Under the pieces are notes generated by a model. The model was not told where the DNA came from and did not search any database. It saw only the letters and a program-made list of their open reading frames with translations. 64,000 nt of DNA from an uncultured Chloroflexia bacterium. GTDB lineage: Bacteria; Chloroflexota; Limnocylindria; Limnocylindrales; CSP1-4. The stretch's first letter is position 1; the number at the start of each line of letters is the position of its first letter. Below are positions 30,064 to 39,358 of this stretch, one piece after another. The translations under genes and the position numbers were made by a program. The DNA is taken from NCBI GenBank assembly GCA_963707215.1, contig CAVPPB010000001.1, positions 704,001 through 768,000 of the forward strand. Direction: 5' to 3'.

Positions 30064-30651
30064 CTATCGCGGTGGCCGCTCCAGGGCGGTCAGCATCGCT
30101 CGGGCCAGGGCGACCATCTGGTCGGCCGGGAACTCGCCCTGCCGCGTGTGGAGCATGTGGAAGCCGTAGTGCCCCTGCACGACCCATATGTCATCGAAGC
30201 CGGATGTCCCGGTGGCAAAGGCCACCTCGGCCAGGCCTGGGATCTCGGTCGCGTTCGGGAAGCCCGGGTCCGCACGGACCGAGTCCCACAGGTGGATCCC
30301 CTCGGCCGACGCGTCGAAGACGAGGATGCCGATGCCGGCCGGCCGGCCCTGCGCGTCGAGTTCGTCGATGTCGTAGCCGCACTGCAGGACCATCGTCTTG
30401 AAGGGGACGGCATTCGCGTCCGGCCCACCGACCAGGCCGGGCATCGCGCTCCTGGCCTCGTCCAGCGTCGGACAGTTCCGGAAGCTGAGCGGTCCTCCGG
30501 CGTCCGGGGCCGCGGTGATGATCTCCGTCGATGCGTCGTCCTTCCACGGTGGCGCCTCGTCCTTGCCATCGGGGGAGAACGCGCCGCAGCCGGCGAGCAC
30601 CAGCAGGCAGCCGGCCCCCAGGACCGACAGGCGTCGCCAGGTCAGGGCCAT
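30064..30651 (-). CDS. Hypothetical lipoprotein
   Basis: Lipobox VLAGC; Cys pair; IPGLAEVAF resembles DUF3558-like lipoproteins. Confidence 0.72.
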   Translation of the reverse strand: MALTWRRLSVLGAGCLLVLAGCGAFSPDGKDEAPPWKDDASTEIITAAPDAGGPLSFRNCPTLDEARSAMPGLVGGPDANAVPFKTMVLQCGYDIDELDAQGRPAGIGILVFDASAEGIHLWDSVRADPGFPNATEIPGLAEVAFATGTSGFDDIWVVQGHYGFHMLHTRQGEFPADQMVALARAMLTALERPPR

Positions 30652-31029
30652 GGTCCTACCTCGACACGGGGGCCTTTCCCGGCGATCCGTTCCGATCGAC
30701 CGGAGGTGGGCCCGCTCATCCGGAGGACGCGGATGCATGCACCGTGTTGCGGCATCGTCGCGATCGCCGAGGCCGCCTGTGCCGAGATCCAGGGGCCGGG
30801 GCGATCATGGGTCCGCCACGCTGCTTCGGCGTAACGGACCGGACCCGGCGGGCCGAACGGCCCGTGACATCGCCCCGGTCGCACCGGCCGCCCGGCCCGT
30901 GGGGTGGGCCGACGAGAGGCGGTCCAGCCCCTTCTCGCGAGCCTCGAGCCCCGCGATGATGGATCCATCGGGCGCGGCGGATGCCGCGCTCTCCGGTGTG
31001 AACGGACCTGCTCCTGGAGACCTTCTCGA

Positions 31030-31245
31030 ATGCTCCGCATCTTCCGCGACCTGCCACTCCCGGCGCCACGACCGCGCGGCCTTCGATACGTCGATCAGGG
31101 TTGGGTCGGCTGCCCCTCGACGGCGCCCCGCGACATCTCGATCGAGGCCTGCCTCGCCTGCCCCGAGCTGGCCGGTACGGTCACCGATGACGGCGCCATC
31201 AAGGCGGTGCGCTGCCGACCGAGGCTCCTCAACCAGATCGCCTGA
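31030..31245 (+). CDS. 71-aa four-Cys microprotein (putative metal binding)
   Basis: MLRIF...WVGCP..DISIEACLACPEL...AVRCRP; GGAG at 31016-31019. Confidence 0.62.
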   Translation: MLRIFRDLPLPAPRPRGLRYVDQGWVGCPSTAPRDISIEACLACPELAGTVTDDGAIKAVRCRPRLLNQIA

Positions 31246-31381
31246 CCCCCGCCGAGACTCAGCGGGCACGCTCCGCGTCCACGCTGGGCGCCCAGGGCCC
31301 GTCGACGATCACCGCCTCGTCGTCGCCCGGCCAGGGCGGCATGACCCCAAGCTGCGCCTCCGGCCGCCAGGGCCGCGATCC

Positions 31382-32149
31382 TCAGCGGACCGCGGTTCGT
31401 GACCTCCGAACGGCCAGCATGCCGACGAACCCCGCTCCCGCCAGGAAGGCGAGCGCCAGGCCGACGTCATCCACCGAGCCGGTTCCCTGATCCACCGCGT
31501 TCGTCGGCGGTGGGGTGAGGGTCCCCACGCCCGAATCGCCGCTCGGGCTGGGGCTCGGGTCGACCGACGGAGCCGCGCTCGGGCTGGGGCTCGGGTCGAC
31601 CGACGGAGCCGCGCTCGGGCTGGGGCTCGGGTCGACCGATGGAGCCGCGCTCGGGCTGGGGCTCGGGCTGCCGCCGCTGCAGTCGATGATGGTCAGGCGG
31701 ATCAGCGTGCCGAACGGGTTCGGTTCCATCGATTCGTCGAGGATGCTGACGATGAAGTCGTCGACCCCGACAGCCGTCGCGGTGATCGCGAGCTCGATGG
31801 TGACGGTGTCCGACGCCTCCGTGCCGAGCGCCAGGCTCGTCCAGTCGCCAGGGAGGACGATCGTGTCGTCGGGCATCGACCCGCTGACCGGGCTCAGCTC
31901 GTCGCTGGAGACGACCACCGTGAAGACCACGGTCTCGCCATTCGCGTAGTTCGGAGCGGGGAAGGAGCGGCTCAGCACGCCCTCGTACGTGAAGGTCTGC
32001 TCGGCCCCCAGGCACATGGTGATCCCCGCGGGAGGGAGTCCCGGCCATGGCACGGTCAGCGTGTCCGCCGAGGCAGCGCCCGCCGCTGCCAGAGACATGG
32101 TCAAGCCGGCCACCGCGGCCAGCGCACGACGTCGGGAACCCCTGGGCAA
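31382..32149 (-). CDS. Secreted cell-surface protein with Pro/Ser repeats and PPT-type C-terminal anchor
   Basis: TTG start after GGAGGAG; signal peptide; SPSPSAAPSVDP repeats; TLTPPPTN followed by a TM helix and RRSR tail. Confidence 0.78.
   Translation of the reverse strand: MPRGSRRRALAAVAGLTMSLAAAGAASADTLTVPWPGLPPAGITMCLGAEQTFTYEGVLSRSFPAPNYANGETVVFTVVVSSDELSPVSGSMPDDTIVLPGDWTSLALGTEASDTVTIELAITATAVGVDDFIVSILDESMEPNPFGTLIRLTIIDCSGGSPSPSPSAAPSVDPSPSPSAAPSVDPSPSPSAAPSVDPSPSPSGDSGVGTLTPPPTNAVDQGTGSVDDVGLALAFLAGAGFVGMLAVRRSRTAVR
31541..31670. repeat. 36-bp coding tandem repeat (about 3.6 units)
   Basis: GCTCGGGCTGGGGCTCGGGTCGACCGAyGGAGCCGC starting at 31541, 31577 and 31613, partial at 31649. 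Confidence 0.9.
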
Positions 32150-32285
32150 GATTCTCCTCCCTCCGCTCATTCCGGAGCCATCGGCGAGCTGGCACGCGCC
32201 ACCGACGTAACGGCCCCTCGCCTCCGACCGTACCCCGGGTCGTCAAGCAGGGCCTGGGACGCCGGAGCGGCGATCCCCATGGCCG

Positions 32286-35200
32286 TCAGCCAGCGGCCAG
32301 GATCTCCCGGGCCTCGAGGAGGTCGACCGTGGCCTCGCCCTCGGTGAATGACGCCGTCACCGCTTCGAGCTCGGCGAGCCGGCCCGCTCGCTCCGCCTCG
32401 CTCGCCGAACGGCACAGACGGGTCAGCGCGCGAAGCTCCGTCATCCGCGTCTCGAGATGCCGGGCTTGGGTCAGGGCGATCCCGTAGGCGTCGATCGCGG
32501 CCGCGGATCCGGGCCCGTCCGCCGCGAGATGGAGGTCGCCCTGGAGCAGCAGCATCTCCGGCACGAGCACGGCCGGCGACTCGGGCCCGCCCATCATGGC
32601 GATGGCGGCACCGACCGGTTCGAGGCCCTCGATGGCGAGCCCGGCTCGATCGCATGCGCCGGCCTCGACGAACAGCAGCATCGGCCAGAAGACCGGCGGC
32701 GTGACGAGGCCCCGGTACGCCGTCATGCCCTCCCGGACCCGTGCCAGCCCGGCCTCCGCCTGGCCGAGCGCGGTCTGGGCCGCGCCGAGCAGGCACGACC
32801 CGATGGCCGACCAGATCCGGAACTCGTACTCGTCCGCGATCCCCAGGAGCTGCACGGCGCGGTCGCGGACCACCGCGGGCTCCCGCCGCCAGAGGTGGAG
32901 CAGGCCGGAGTGGAACTGGGCGTAGGCCGAGGTCCAGGGATGGTCGAGGCGGCGGGCCAGCTCGATCCCGGCGTCGGCCCGTTCGACGGCCCGGTCAGGG
33001 AAGCCCAACAGCCAGAGGCTGAACGCGGAGGTCGTGAGGCAGGCGACCCGGGGCTCGTTGCCGAGTCGCATGCCGACCGCCCGCGGCGGACTCGAATCGA
33101 ACAGGGCGATGGCGCCGTCCAGGCGCGCGAGCCCGTCCCGGAGCCGTCCGCTGAAGACGAACGAGGTGCCGAGCACCAGCTCGCCGTCGATCCGCATGTT
33201 CACGTCGCCCTCGGCGTCGGCGACGGCCAGGATCCGCTCCCCCAGCTCGATCCCCTTGCCGAACTCGGCCCGCAGGACGTGCAGGTTGGCAAGGCCCCGC
33301 AGGACGGAGAACTGCCCCTGGCTCTCCTGGGCCGTCTCCATGCGCTCGAGCACCCGCTCGTACGCCTGCTCGACCTCCGGGGTGAACCCGCGGGTGGCCA
33401 TGAGCGCCCGGGCCAGGCTCATCCGCAGGGCGATCTCCTGGGTCGCCAGCTCCGGGGTCGGGGCGATCCCGGCCAGGACGCCCAGCAGACCCGTGGTGAG
33501 CTCGACCGTCTCGCGGTACCAGCCGCGGGCCTCGTTGAGGATGAGCAGGCAGTCGGCGAGCCGGGTCAGCTGCTCCGGGTCGCGCTCGGCGATCCAGTAG
33601 CGCCAAGCGATCCGCAGGTTCCCCGCGTCGTGGGCCAGCGCCTCGACGACGTGGTCCCGGTGCGGCCCGCCGAGCTCGTGCTGGAGCCGCTCCGCGTGCT
33701 CCGCGTAGTGGGCAGCGTGGGTGCGACGGATGCGCTCGCCGCCCGGCCGCGCCTCGAGTCGCTCGGTCGCATACTCGCGGATCGTCTCGAGCATGAGGAA
33801 GCGAGGCTCGCCGTTCGGCTCGTCGATCTGGCGGACGAGGCTCTTCTCGATCAGCGAAGCGAGCGCCTCGATGACGTCGACGCCGGCGTCGGTGTCGTCG
33901 CTCGCCGTGGCGACGGCCTCCACGGCCGGCAGGTCGGCGTCCGCGAAGACGGAGAGCGTCTCGAACAGGCGCTGCTCGCCCGGCTCGAGGAGGCGGTAGC
34001 TCCAGTCGATCGTCGCCCGCAGCGTCTGCTGCCGCTCCGGCATGTCTCGCGCCGAACTCTTGAGCAGGTCGAGCCGGCTGCCCAGGCGGTCGCGCAGGGC
34101 CTCCGGCGAGAACAGCCGGAGACGGGCGGCCGCCAGCTCGATGGCCAGCGGCAGCCCGTCGAGCCGACGACAGATGTCGGCCACCGCGGCCGCGTTCGCG
34201 TCGGTCAGCGCGAAGTCTGGACGTGTCGCGCGAGCCCGGTCTACGAACAGCTGGACCGCCTCGGAGCGCTCCACCTGCTCGGCCGTGGCCTGCCGCAGGT
34301 CCGCCGGCGGCAGGCCCATCGGGGGCACGGGATAGACGTGCTCGGCACGGACGTGGAGCGGCTCCCTGCTCGTGACCAGCAGCTTGAGGTCGGGACACGC
34401 GTCGAGGAGCTCGGTCGTGATGCCGGCAGCGGCGGTCACCTGCTCGAAGTTGTCCAGTACCAGCAGCACCTGGCGACCGCGCAGGCGGTCGATGACGTCA
34501 CCCAGGATCGACCGGTCCGGCCCCTCGGCCACGCCGATCACCCGACCGAGGGCGATCAGCATCGCCTCCGTGTCGACCGCCGCGGACAGGTCGGCGAAGG
34601 TCACGCCGTCGCGGAAGGACTCGGCCACCTCGGCGGCCGCGTGGACGGCGAGGCTCGTCTTGCCGGTCCCTCCCGGGCCGGTCAGCGTCAGCAGGCGTAC
34701 GGCCGGATCGGCCAGGCGACGACAGATCTCGTCCAGTTCGGCCCGGCGCCCGACGAACGAGGCGGCCTGGGTCGGGAGACCGCCCGCCGCGTGGTCGAGG
34801 GTGGCGAGGGGTGGGAAGGCCTCGTCGAGATCCGGATGGACGAGCTGGAAGACGCGCTCCTGCCGGCCGAGGTCCTTGAGGCGGAACTCGCCCAGGTCCC
34901 GCAGCGCGGCTCCGTCGGCGAGCTGGTCACCGGCGAGCGCCGCGGCCGCCGCCGAGAGCAGGACCTGGCCGCCGTGGCCCGCGGCCATGACCCGGGCCGT
35001 CCGGTTGACGGTCGGCCCGAAGTAGTCGTCGCCGCGCCGCTCGGCCTCGCCGGCGTGGAGGCCCATCCGGACGCGGAGCGGACCCGTCTCGCCCCATGCC
35101 TCCCCGGCCAGCGCCCGTTGCGCGGACAGACACGCCGCCACGCCGGCAGCGACGGTCGGGAAGACGGCCATCATCCCGTCGCCGGTCGTCTTGACGACCT

Positions 35201-35363
35201 GGCCGCCCGCCCCGTCGATCGCCCCGTGGAGGATGGCGTCGTGACGGGCCAGGGCGCCGCTCATCGCCTCCGGCATCCGCTCCCAGAGGCGCGTGCTACC
35301 GGCGATGTCCGTGAACAGGAAGGCCAGCATGCCGCTCGCAGACACCGGACCCTGGGGGTTCAT
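32286..35363 (-). CDS. Class III adenylate cyclase - STAND NTPase - TPR-like protein
   Basis: FTDIAGST, VKTTGDG, DYFGPTVNRTAR (canonical K/D adenylate cyclase); Walker A GPGGTGKT, LDNFE, LDGLPLAIELAA; TATCGT 6 nt upstream. Confidence 0.9.
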   Translation of the reverse strand: MNPQGPVSASGMLAFLFTDIAGSTRLWERMPEAMSGALARHDAILHGAIDGAGGQVVKTTGDGMMAVFPTVAAGVAACLSAQRALAGEAWGETGPLRVRMGLHAGEAERRGDDYFGPTVNRTARVMAAGHGGQVLLSAAAAALAGDQLADGAALRDLGEFRLKDLGRQERVFQLVHPDLDEAFPPLATLDHAAGGLPTQAASFVGRRAELDEICRRLADPAVRLLTLTGPGGTGKTSLAVHAAAEVAESFRDGVTFADLSAAVDTEAMLIALGRVIGVAEGPDRSILGDVIDRLRGRQVLLVLDNFEQVTAAAGITTELLDACPDLKLLVTSREPLHVRAEHVYPVPPMGLPPADLRQATAEQVERSEAVQLFVDRARATRPDFALTDANAAAVADICRRLDGLPLAIELAAARLRLFSPEALRDRLGSRLDLLKSSARDMPERQQTLRATIDWSYRLLEPGEQRLFETLSVFADADLPAVEAVATASDDTDAGVDVIEALASLIEKSLVRQIDEPNGEPRFLMLETIREYATERLEARPGGERIRRTHAAHYAEHAERLQHELGGPHRDHVVEALAHDAGNLRIAWRYWIAERDPEQLTRLADCLLILNEARGWYRETVELTTGLLGVLAGIAPTPELATQEIALRMSLARALMATRGFTPEVEQAYERVLERMETAQESQGQFSVLRGLANLHVLRAEFGKGIELGERILAVADAEGDVNMRIDGELVLGTSFVFSGRLRDGLARLDGAIALFDSSPPRAVGMRLGNEPRVACLTTSAFSLWLLGFPDRAVERADAGIELARRLDHPWTSAYAQFHSGLLHLWRREPAVVRDRAVQLLGIADEYEFRIWSAIGSCLLGAAQTALGQAEAGLARVREGMTAYRGLVTPPVFWPMLLFVEAGACDRAGLAIEGLEPVGAAIAMMGGPESPAVLVPEMLLLQGDLHLAADGPGSAAAIDAYGIALTQARHLETRMTELRALTRLCRSASEAERAGRLAELEAVTASFTEGEATVDLLEAREILAAG

Positions 35364-35449
35364 CCCGTGACGATAGCCGGGCCGGGGCGTCCCGTCGCCC
35401 CGAGCGTGCGGTCGCGGCGGCGAGGCGAAGGCGCGGACGGCGCCTTCCG

Positions 35450-36067
35450 CTACTCCTTGTAGCCCGTCATGACGACGCGCGCCAGGAACGGCTCGGTGGT
35501 GATCCGGCGGAACCCCGCCGCCTCCATCGCGTCCCGGTAGTCGTCGCTGAGCACCGCGCGCCCGCCGGGCTTGAGGACGCGGTACATCTCCTTGATCGCC
35601 ACCGGCGCCTTCGATCCGTAGCAGTCCACGCAGTTGCTGGTCACGACGGTGAACGCGTCGCTCTCCCACGGCAGGGTCGCGGCATCGCCGACGACGAACT
35701 CCGCGGTCCCCGCCTCGACCCGCTCACGGTTCTGCCGGAGCGCCTCGTCGATCATCGGCTCCGACTGGTCGAGGCCGGCGATCCGTCGCACGTGTGACGC
35801 GTACTCGCGGAGGAAGACTCCCGAGCCACAGCCGACGTCGAGGACCTCGTCGTCGGGCCGAAGCTCCAGATGGCGGGCGAAGGCCGAGTAGAACCACCGG
35901 TTGAGTGGCGCGTACGTCCGAGCGATGACCCGCCCGACCGGCCCGCTCAGGAAGATCGGCTGGATCTTCTCCTCGAGCGGTTGCCAACCGCCGGCCGCGC
36001 GCACGGCCAGGCGCGTGACCACGACGATTGCGATGACCGCGACGGTGATCCTGAACATGATCGGCAT
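35450..36067 (-). CDS. Class I SAM-dependent methyltransferase with N-terminal membrane anchor
   Basis: VLDVGCGSG, GDAATLPW, RVLKPGG; N-terminal ITVAVIAIVVV; RBS GGAGG. Confidence 0.85.
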   Translation of the reverse strand: MPIMFRITVAVIAIVVVTRLAVRAAGGWQPLEEKIQPIFLSGPVGRVIARTYAPLNRWFYSAFARHLELRPDDEVLDVGCGSGVFLREYASHVRRIAGLDQSEPMIDEALRQNRERVEAGTAEFVVGDAATLPWESDAFTVVTSNCVDCYGSKAPVAIKEMYRVLKPGGRAVLSDDYRDAMEAAGFRRITTEPFLARVVMTGYKE

Positions 36068-36190
36068 GTCGACGACCTCCCTGGGACGCTTCGTTGGCAT
36101 GGCGCGGGCTGGGAGCCTCGGAGCCGGCCGATCGCCGCGAGCGTGGCCTGTCCGAGTCCCTGCCTGGTGCTACTCCTGGGACGCCACGGC

Positions 36191-36270
36191 GGCGGGTCGG
36201 TCTCGCCAGTGGCTCGGCCCGGTCCGGTACGGCGGCCGTGGGCTCGGACCGTGCGTCGGCGCCCCCCGTG
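36191..36270 (-). ncRNA. c-di-GMP-II-like riboswitch aptamer, copy B
   Basis: GGGG-GGC-GCCGAC-GCACGGUCCG..CGGCCGC..CGGACCGGGC-CGA-GCC-ACUG-GCG-AGA-CCG-ACCC; 3' core identical to copy A. Confidence 0.72.
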
Positions 36271-36516
36271 CACGTCGGTCAGGGTGCGGTCATAGGACGC
36301 ACGGGTCCAGAGGCCAAGGGCCTGAACGGACCGAGGCAGCCCGAGGGTCAGTCGGCGGTGCCCAGCGGCGGGAGGCTGGCAAGCGGACCATCCGGCCGGG
36401 ATCCTGCCAGCTCGGGCGACGTCGCGGTCGGTCCCCGGATCGGGCCGACCGGGCCTTCCCTCGGGCTTGCCGAGCCGCCATCATCCGCCCAGCGTGCCGC
36501 CACGGAGGTGACGAGA

Positions 36517-37551
36517 GTGGAGACAGGTTCCGGGCCGACGGTGTTCGACCACATCCCCAAGGTCGAGCTGCACTGTCACGTGGAGGGGACCGTCCGGACG
36601 TCGACGGTCGTCGAGCTGGCTCGACGGGCCGGCCGGCCGCTCCCTGCCGCGGACCCGGAGGACCTCTACCGCTACGACTCGCTCGACTCGTTCCTGGCCG
36701 TCTTCTGGCTGATCCAGGAGCTCCTCGCCACGCCCGAGGACTGGGCCCGGATCGCCTACGAATCGCTGGTGGACGGGGCCGCCCACGGCCTCCGCTATCG
36801 CGAGATGTTCTTCACCCCGGCCCGCCACCTCGCCGCCGGCCAGGACCTCGGCGGGATCGTCACCGGCCTGACCCAGGGCATCGAGGCGGCCGAGGCGGAG
36901 ACCGGCGTCCGCTGCCGGCTCATCGCCGCGATGGACCGCGCCTACGGGCCGGCGGCGGGCCTCGAGCTCGTCGAGCGGCTCGCTGAGCTTCGGCGGTCCG
37001 ACACTGCGGAGCGGGTCATCGGGGTCGGCGCCGACTCGACCGAGCTGGGCGTGGACATGCGGGCGTTCGCCCCGGCGTACGCCGCGGCCGGCCGCTCTGG
37101 GCTGCGCCGGACCTGCCACGCCGGCGAGGCCGTCGGCGTCGGGCCGGAGAACATCCGGATCGCCATCGACGACCTCGGTGCCGAGCGGATCGACCACGGC
37201 GTGGCCATCGTCGAGGACGACGCGCTCCTCGCCGAGGTCGCCGACCGCGGCATCCCGCTGACGGTCTGCCCGACGAGCAACGTCATCATCGCCAATCGGT
37301 TCGGCTCGCTCGAGGAGCACCCGTTCGACCGGATGCGGGCCGCGGGGCTCCTGCTGACGATCAACACCGACGACCCGGCCATGGAGCGCCTCGACCTGGG
37401 CCTGGAGTACGAGCGGGTCGCCGCCGCCTACGGCTGGTCAGCAGCCGAGATGGGCCGCGTGGCGGTCGAGGGGATCGCCTCGACCTGGCTCGACGAGACC
37501 GACCGGGCCGCCCTGACACGCGAGTTCGAGGTGGCGCTGGCCTCGCTCTGA
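36517..37551 (+). CDS. add: Adenosine/adenine deaminase
   Basis: PKVELHCHVEG, HAGE, ERIDHG, CPTSN, NTDDP; GGAGG upstream of GTG. Confidence 0.88.
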   Translation: METGSGPTVFDHIPKVELHCHVEGTVRTSTVVELARRAGRPLPAADPEDLYRYDSLDSFLAVFWLIQELLATPEDWARIAYESLVDGAAHGLRYREMFFTPARHLAAGQDLGGIVTGLTQGIEAAEAETGVRCRLIAAMDRAYGPAAGLELVERLAELRRSDTAERVIGVGADSTELGVDMRAFAPAYAAAGRSGLRRTCHAGEAVGVGPENIRIAIDDLGAERIDHGVAIVEDDALLAEVADRGIPLTVCPTSNVIIANRFGSLEEHPFDRMRAAGLLLTINTDDPAMERLDLGLEYERVAAAYGWSAAEMGRVAVEGIASTWLDETDRAALTREFEVALASL

Positions 37552-37736
37552 CCGGAGGTCCCGGAGTGACCCCTCTGCCCGGCCGCCTGGGGCGCGGCGC
37601 TTCGCGGGTCTCCCGGAATCGCCCGCTGCGTCGCATGACGTAGGCGAGCAGTGCCCCATGTCGGTGGTCGCCGCGCGGACCCCAGGCGACGATCCGGACG
37701 CCGACCGCTTCGAACCTGCACCCGAGGAGGCCACCG

Positions 37737-37961
37737 ATGACCGCAGCCAGCAGCTCCCCGATCGTTCGCACGACCGGACGACCCGCCAATGATGGGACCC
37801 GCGTCGCCCTCGGCGCGGTCCTTGCCACCGCCATCGGTCTGGCGGCCCTCCTGGCCGCCGCCCAGGCCGGGATCCTTCCCAAGGCCCCGGCGTACACCGG
37901 CGATCCGGCGGAACAGTACCGCTCCCCGCAGATCATGGGTGAGCGCGCCGCCGACCGCTGA
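37737..37961 (+). CDS. 74-aa single-TM hypothetical protein
   Basis: RBS GAGGAGG; VALGAVLATAIGLAALLAAA segment. Confidence 0.62.
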   Translation: MTAASSSPIVRTTGRPANDGTRVALGAVLATAIGLAALLAAAQAGILPKAPAYTGDPAEQYRSPQIMGERAADR

Positions 37962-38030
37962 CCTCGACGGCCGATCGCCACGACCCGCGAGCGGAGGGTT
38001 CGGCCGGGCAGGGACGCGACCGGGCGGACC

Positions 38031-39167
38031 TCAGGCGGGCGGATCCTCGTCGAGGAAGTGGCGCAGGCTGCCGCGCCAGAGGGCCCGCCCGTGGAACGAG
38101 ACCCCGGGACCGATGGCGGTCGGGCCGCCGTACCAGATGAGCGTCTTGATGAGCGGGGTCATCTGCGAGCCGTAGAGCTCCATGCAGCGCTCCGGCTGGA
38201 CGCCGGGCCACGAGTAGCAGGAGACGACCGTCCGGCGATGGTCGTTCGGGATCCCCGGGGGCAGGCGGTCCCAGGCGGGGTCGTCCGGTCCGAACTCCCA
38301 CTGGTCGAGGTTGCCCTGGGGGATCCCCTCGATCCCGCGGACGACCGGCGGATCGTCGTCGAGCAGGTACGGGTCGACCGCCAGGTCGCAGACGATCGCG
38401 TGGGGCGGCAGCAGCCCGAGCCAGGCGTTCGGGAAGAGTGGCTTCGAGGTGTCGCGGCGGGCCGTGGCGTCGACGAGGATGTCGGTCAGGGCCAGGCGAT
38501 GGCGGAAGTAGGCCTCGTTGCCGGCCAGGTTCCGCTCGGCCACGACGACCTCGACGCCGGGCAGGCCCTCCCGCATGAGCCGCGCGTTGCGCTCCTCGTC
38601 GCCGGCCTTGGTCGCCCACTCGATGGCGAACTTGCCGACCCCGCCGGCGCCCAGGATCGTGACGCTCACCGGCGGCCGCCCGGCGGAGAGGAGCGGCGGC
38701 CAGCGGCGCTCGAGGGCGATGAACGCCGCCTCGAGGCCGTTGCGGGCCACGTCGCGCAGGTTCTGGACCAGCCGACGTCCGTCGTCCCCGGTGACCATGT
38801 CGATGGCGATCGCCTCGATGCCAAGGCGCCGGAGCAGCTCCACGCGCTCGGGCCGCGTGTTGAAGTGGAGCATCGAGAGGAGGATGGCCCCGGGCCGGAG
38901 GAGCTCGTACCGACCCTCCGGGGCCCGGAGCACGACGACGATCTCCTGAGCGTAGGCCGTCGCCTCGTCGACGATGTGGACCCGCGGCGACACGGCCCGG
39001 TAGTCGTCGTCCGAGTACCCCATGCCCAGGCCGCTGCCGGCCTCGACGAAGACGTCCACCTCGAGGTCGGCGAGGAGCCGCATCAACGACGGCAGGAAGG
39101 CCCGCCGTTCGCCGGGCTCGTTGTACATCCGCGGGAAGCCGATCGTCAGGTGACGCTCGTTCGTCAT
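38031..39167 (-). CDS. Alanine dehydrogenase/PNT-family oxidoreductase (carboxyethyl-ornithine synthase-like)
   Basis: IGFPRMYNEPGERR, VEAGSG, SMLH, ILGAGGVG, DLAVDP. Confidence 0.78.
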   Translation of the reverse strand: MTNERHLTIGFPRMYNEPGERRAFLPSLMRLLADLEVDVFVEAGSGLGMGYSDDDYRAVSPRVHIVDEATAYAQEIVVVLRAPEGRYELLRPGAILLSMLHFNTRPERVELLRRLGIEAIAIDMVTGDDGRRLVQNLRDVARNGLEAAFIALERRWPPLLSAGRPPVSVTILGAGGVGKFAIEWATKAGDEERNARLMREGLPGVEVVVAERNLAGNEAYFRHRLALTDILVDATARRDTSKPLFPNAWLGLLPPHAIVCDLAVDPYLLDDDPPVVRGIEGIPQGNLDQWEFGPDDPAWDRLPPGIPNDHRRTVVSCYSWPGVQPERCMELYGSQMTPLIKTLIWYGGPTAIGPGVSFHGRALWRGSLRHFLDEDPPA

Positions 39168-39358
39168 TCGGTGCCCCTGTCCTCCGCCATCCGGTCCGAC
39201 CGGTCGCCCGGAACGATGAGAGCATCGCATCGCCGGGGCCAGTGCGCTTGGTCGGTTTTCGACGGACCGAGGAGGGGCCTGCAACCGGCGCAGCGACCGC
39301 GTGTCCCCCGGCGACCTGCGGGTGCCATGCTCCCTTGACCCGTCCGTAGAATGCTCCG

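Noticed and set aside
32457-35462. Long antisense/shadow ORFs (e.g. 1001 aa here, 40997-42757, 46916-49006)
   Set aside because: Expected stop-poor frames in very GC-rich DNA opposite well-supported genes; no recognisable motifs.
13660-36500. Integron cassette array explaining the run of small accessory genes
   Set aside because: Genes are in mixed orientations, no repeated attC-like GTTRRRY/RYYYAAC sites were seen, and there is no integron integrase.
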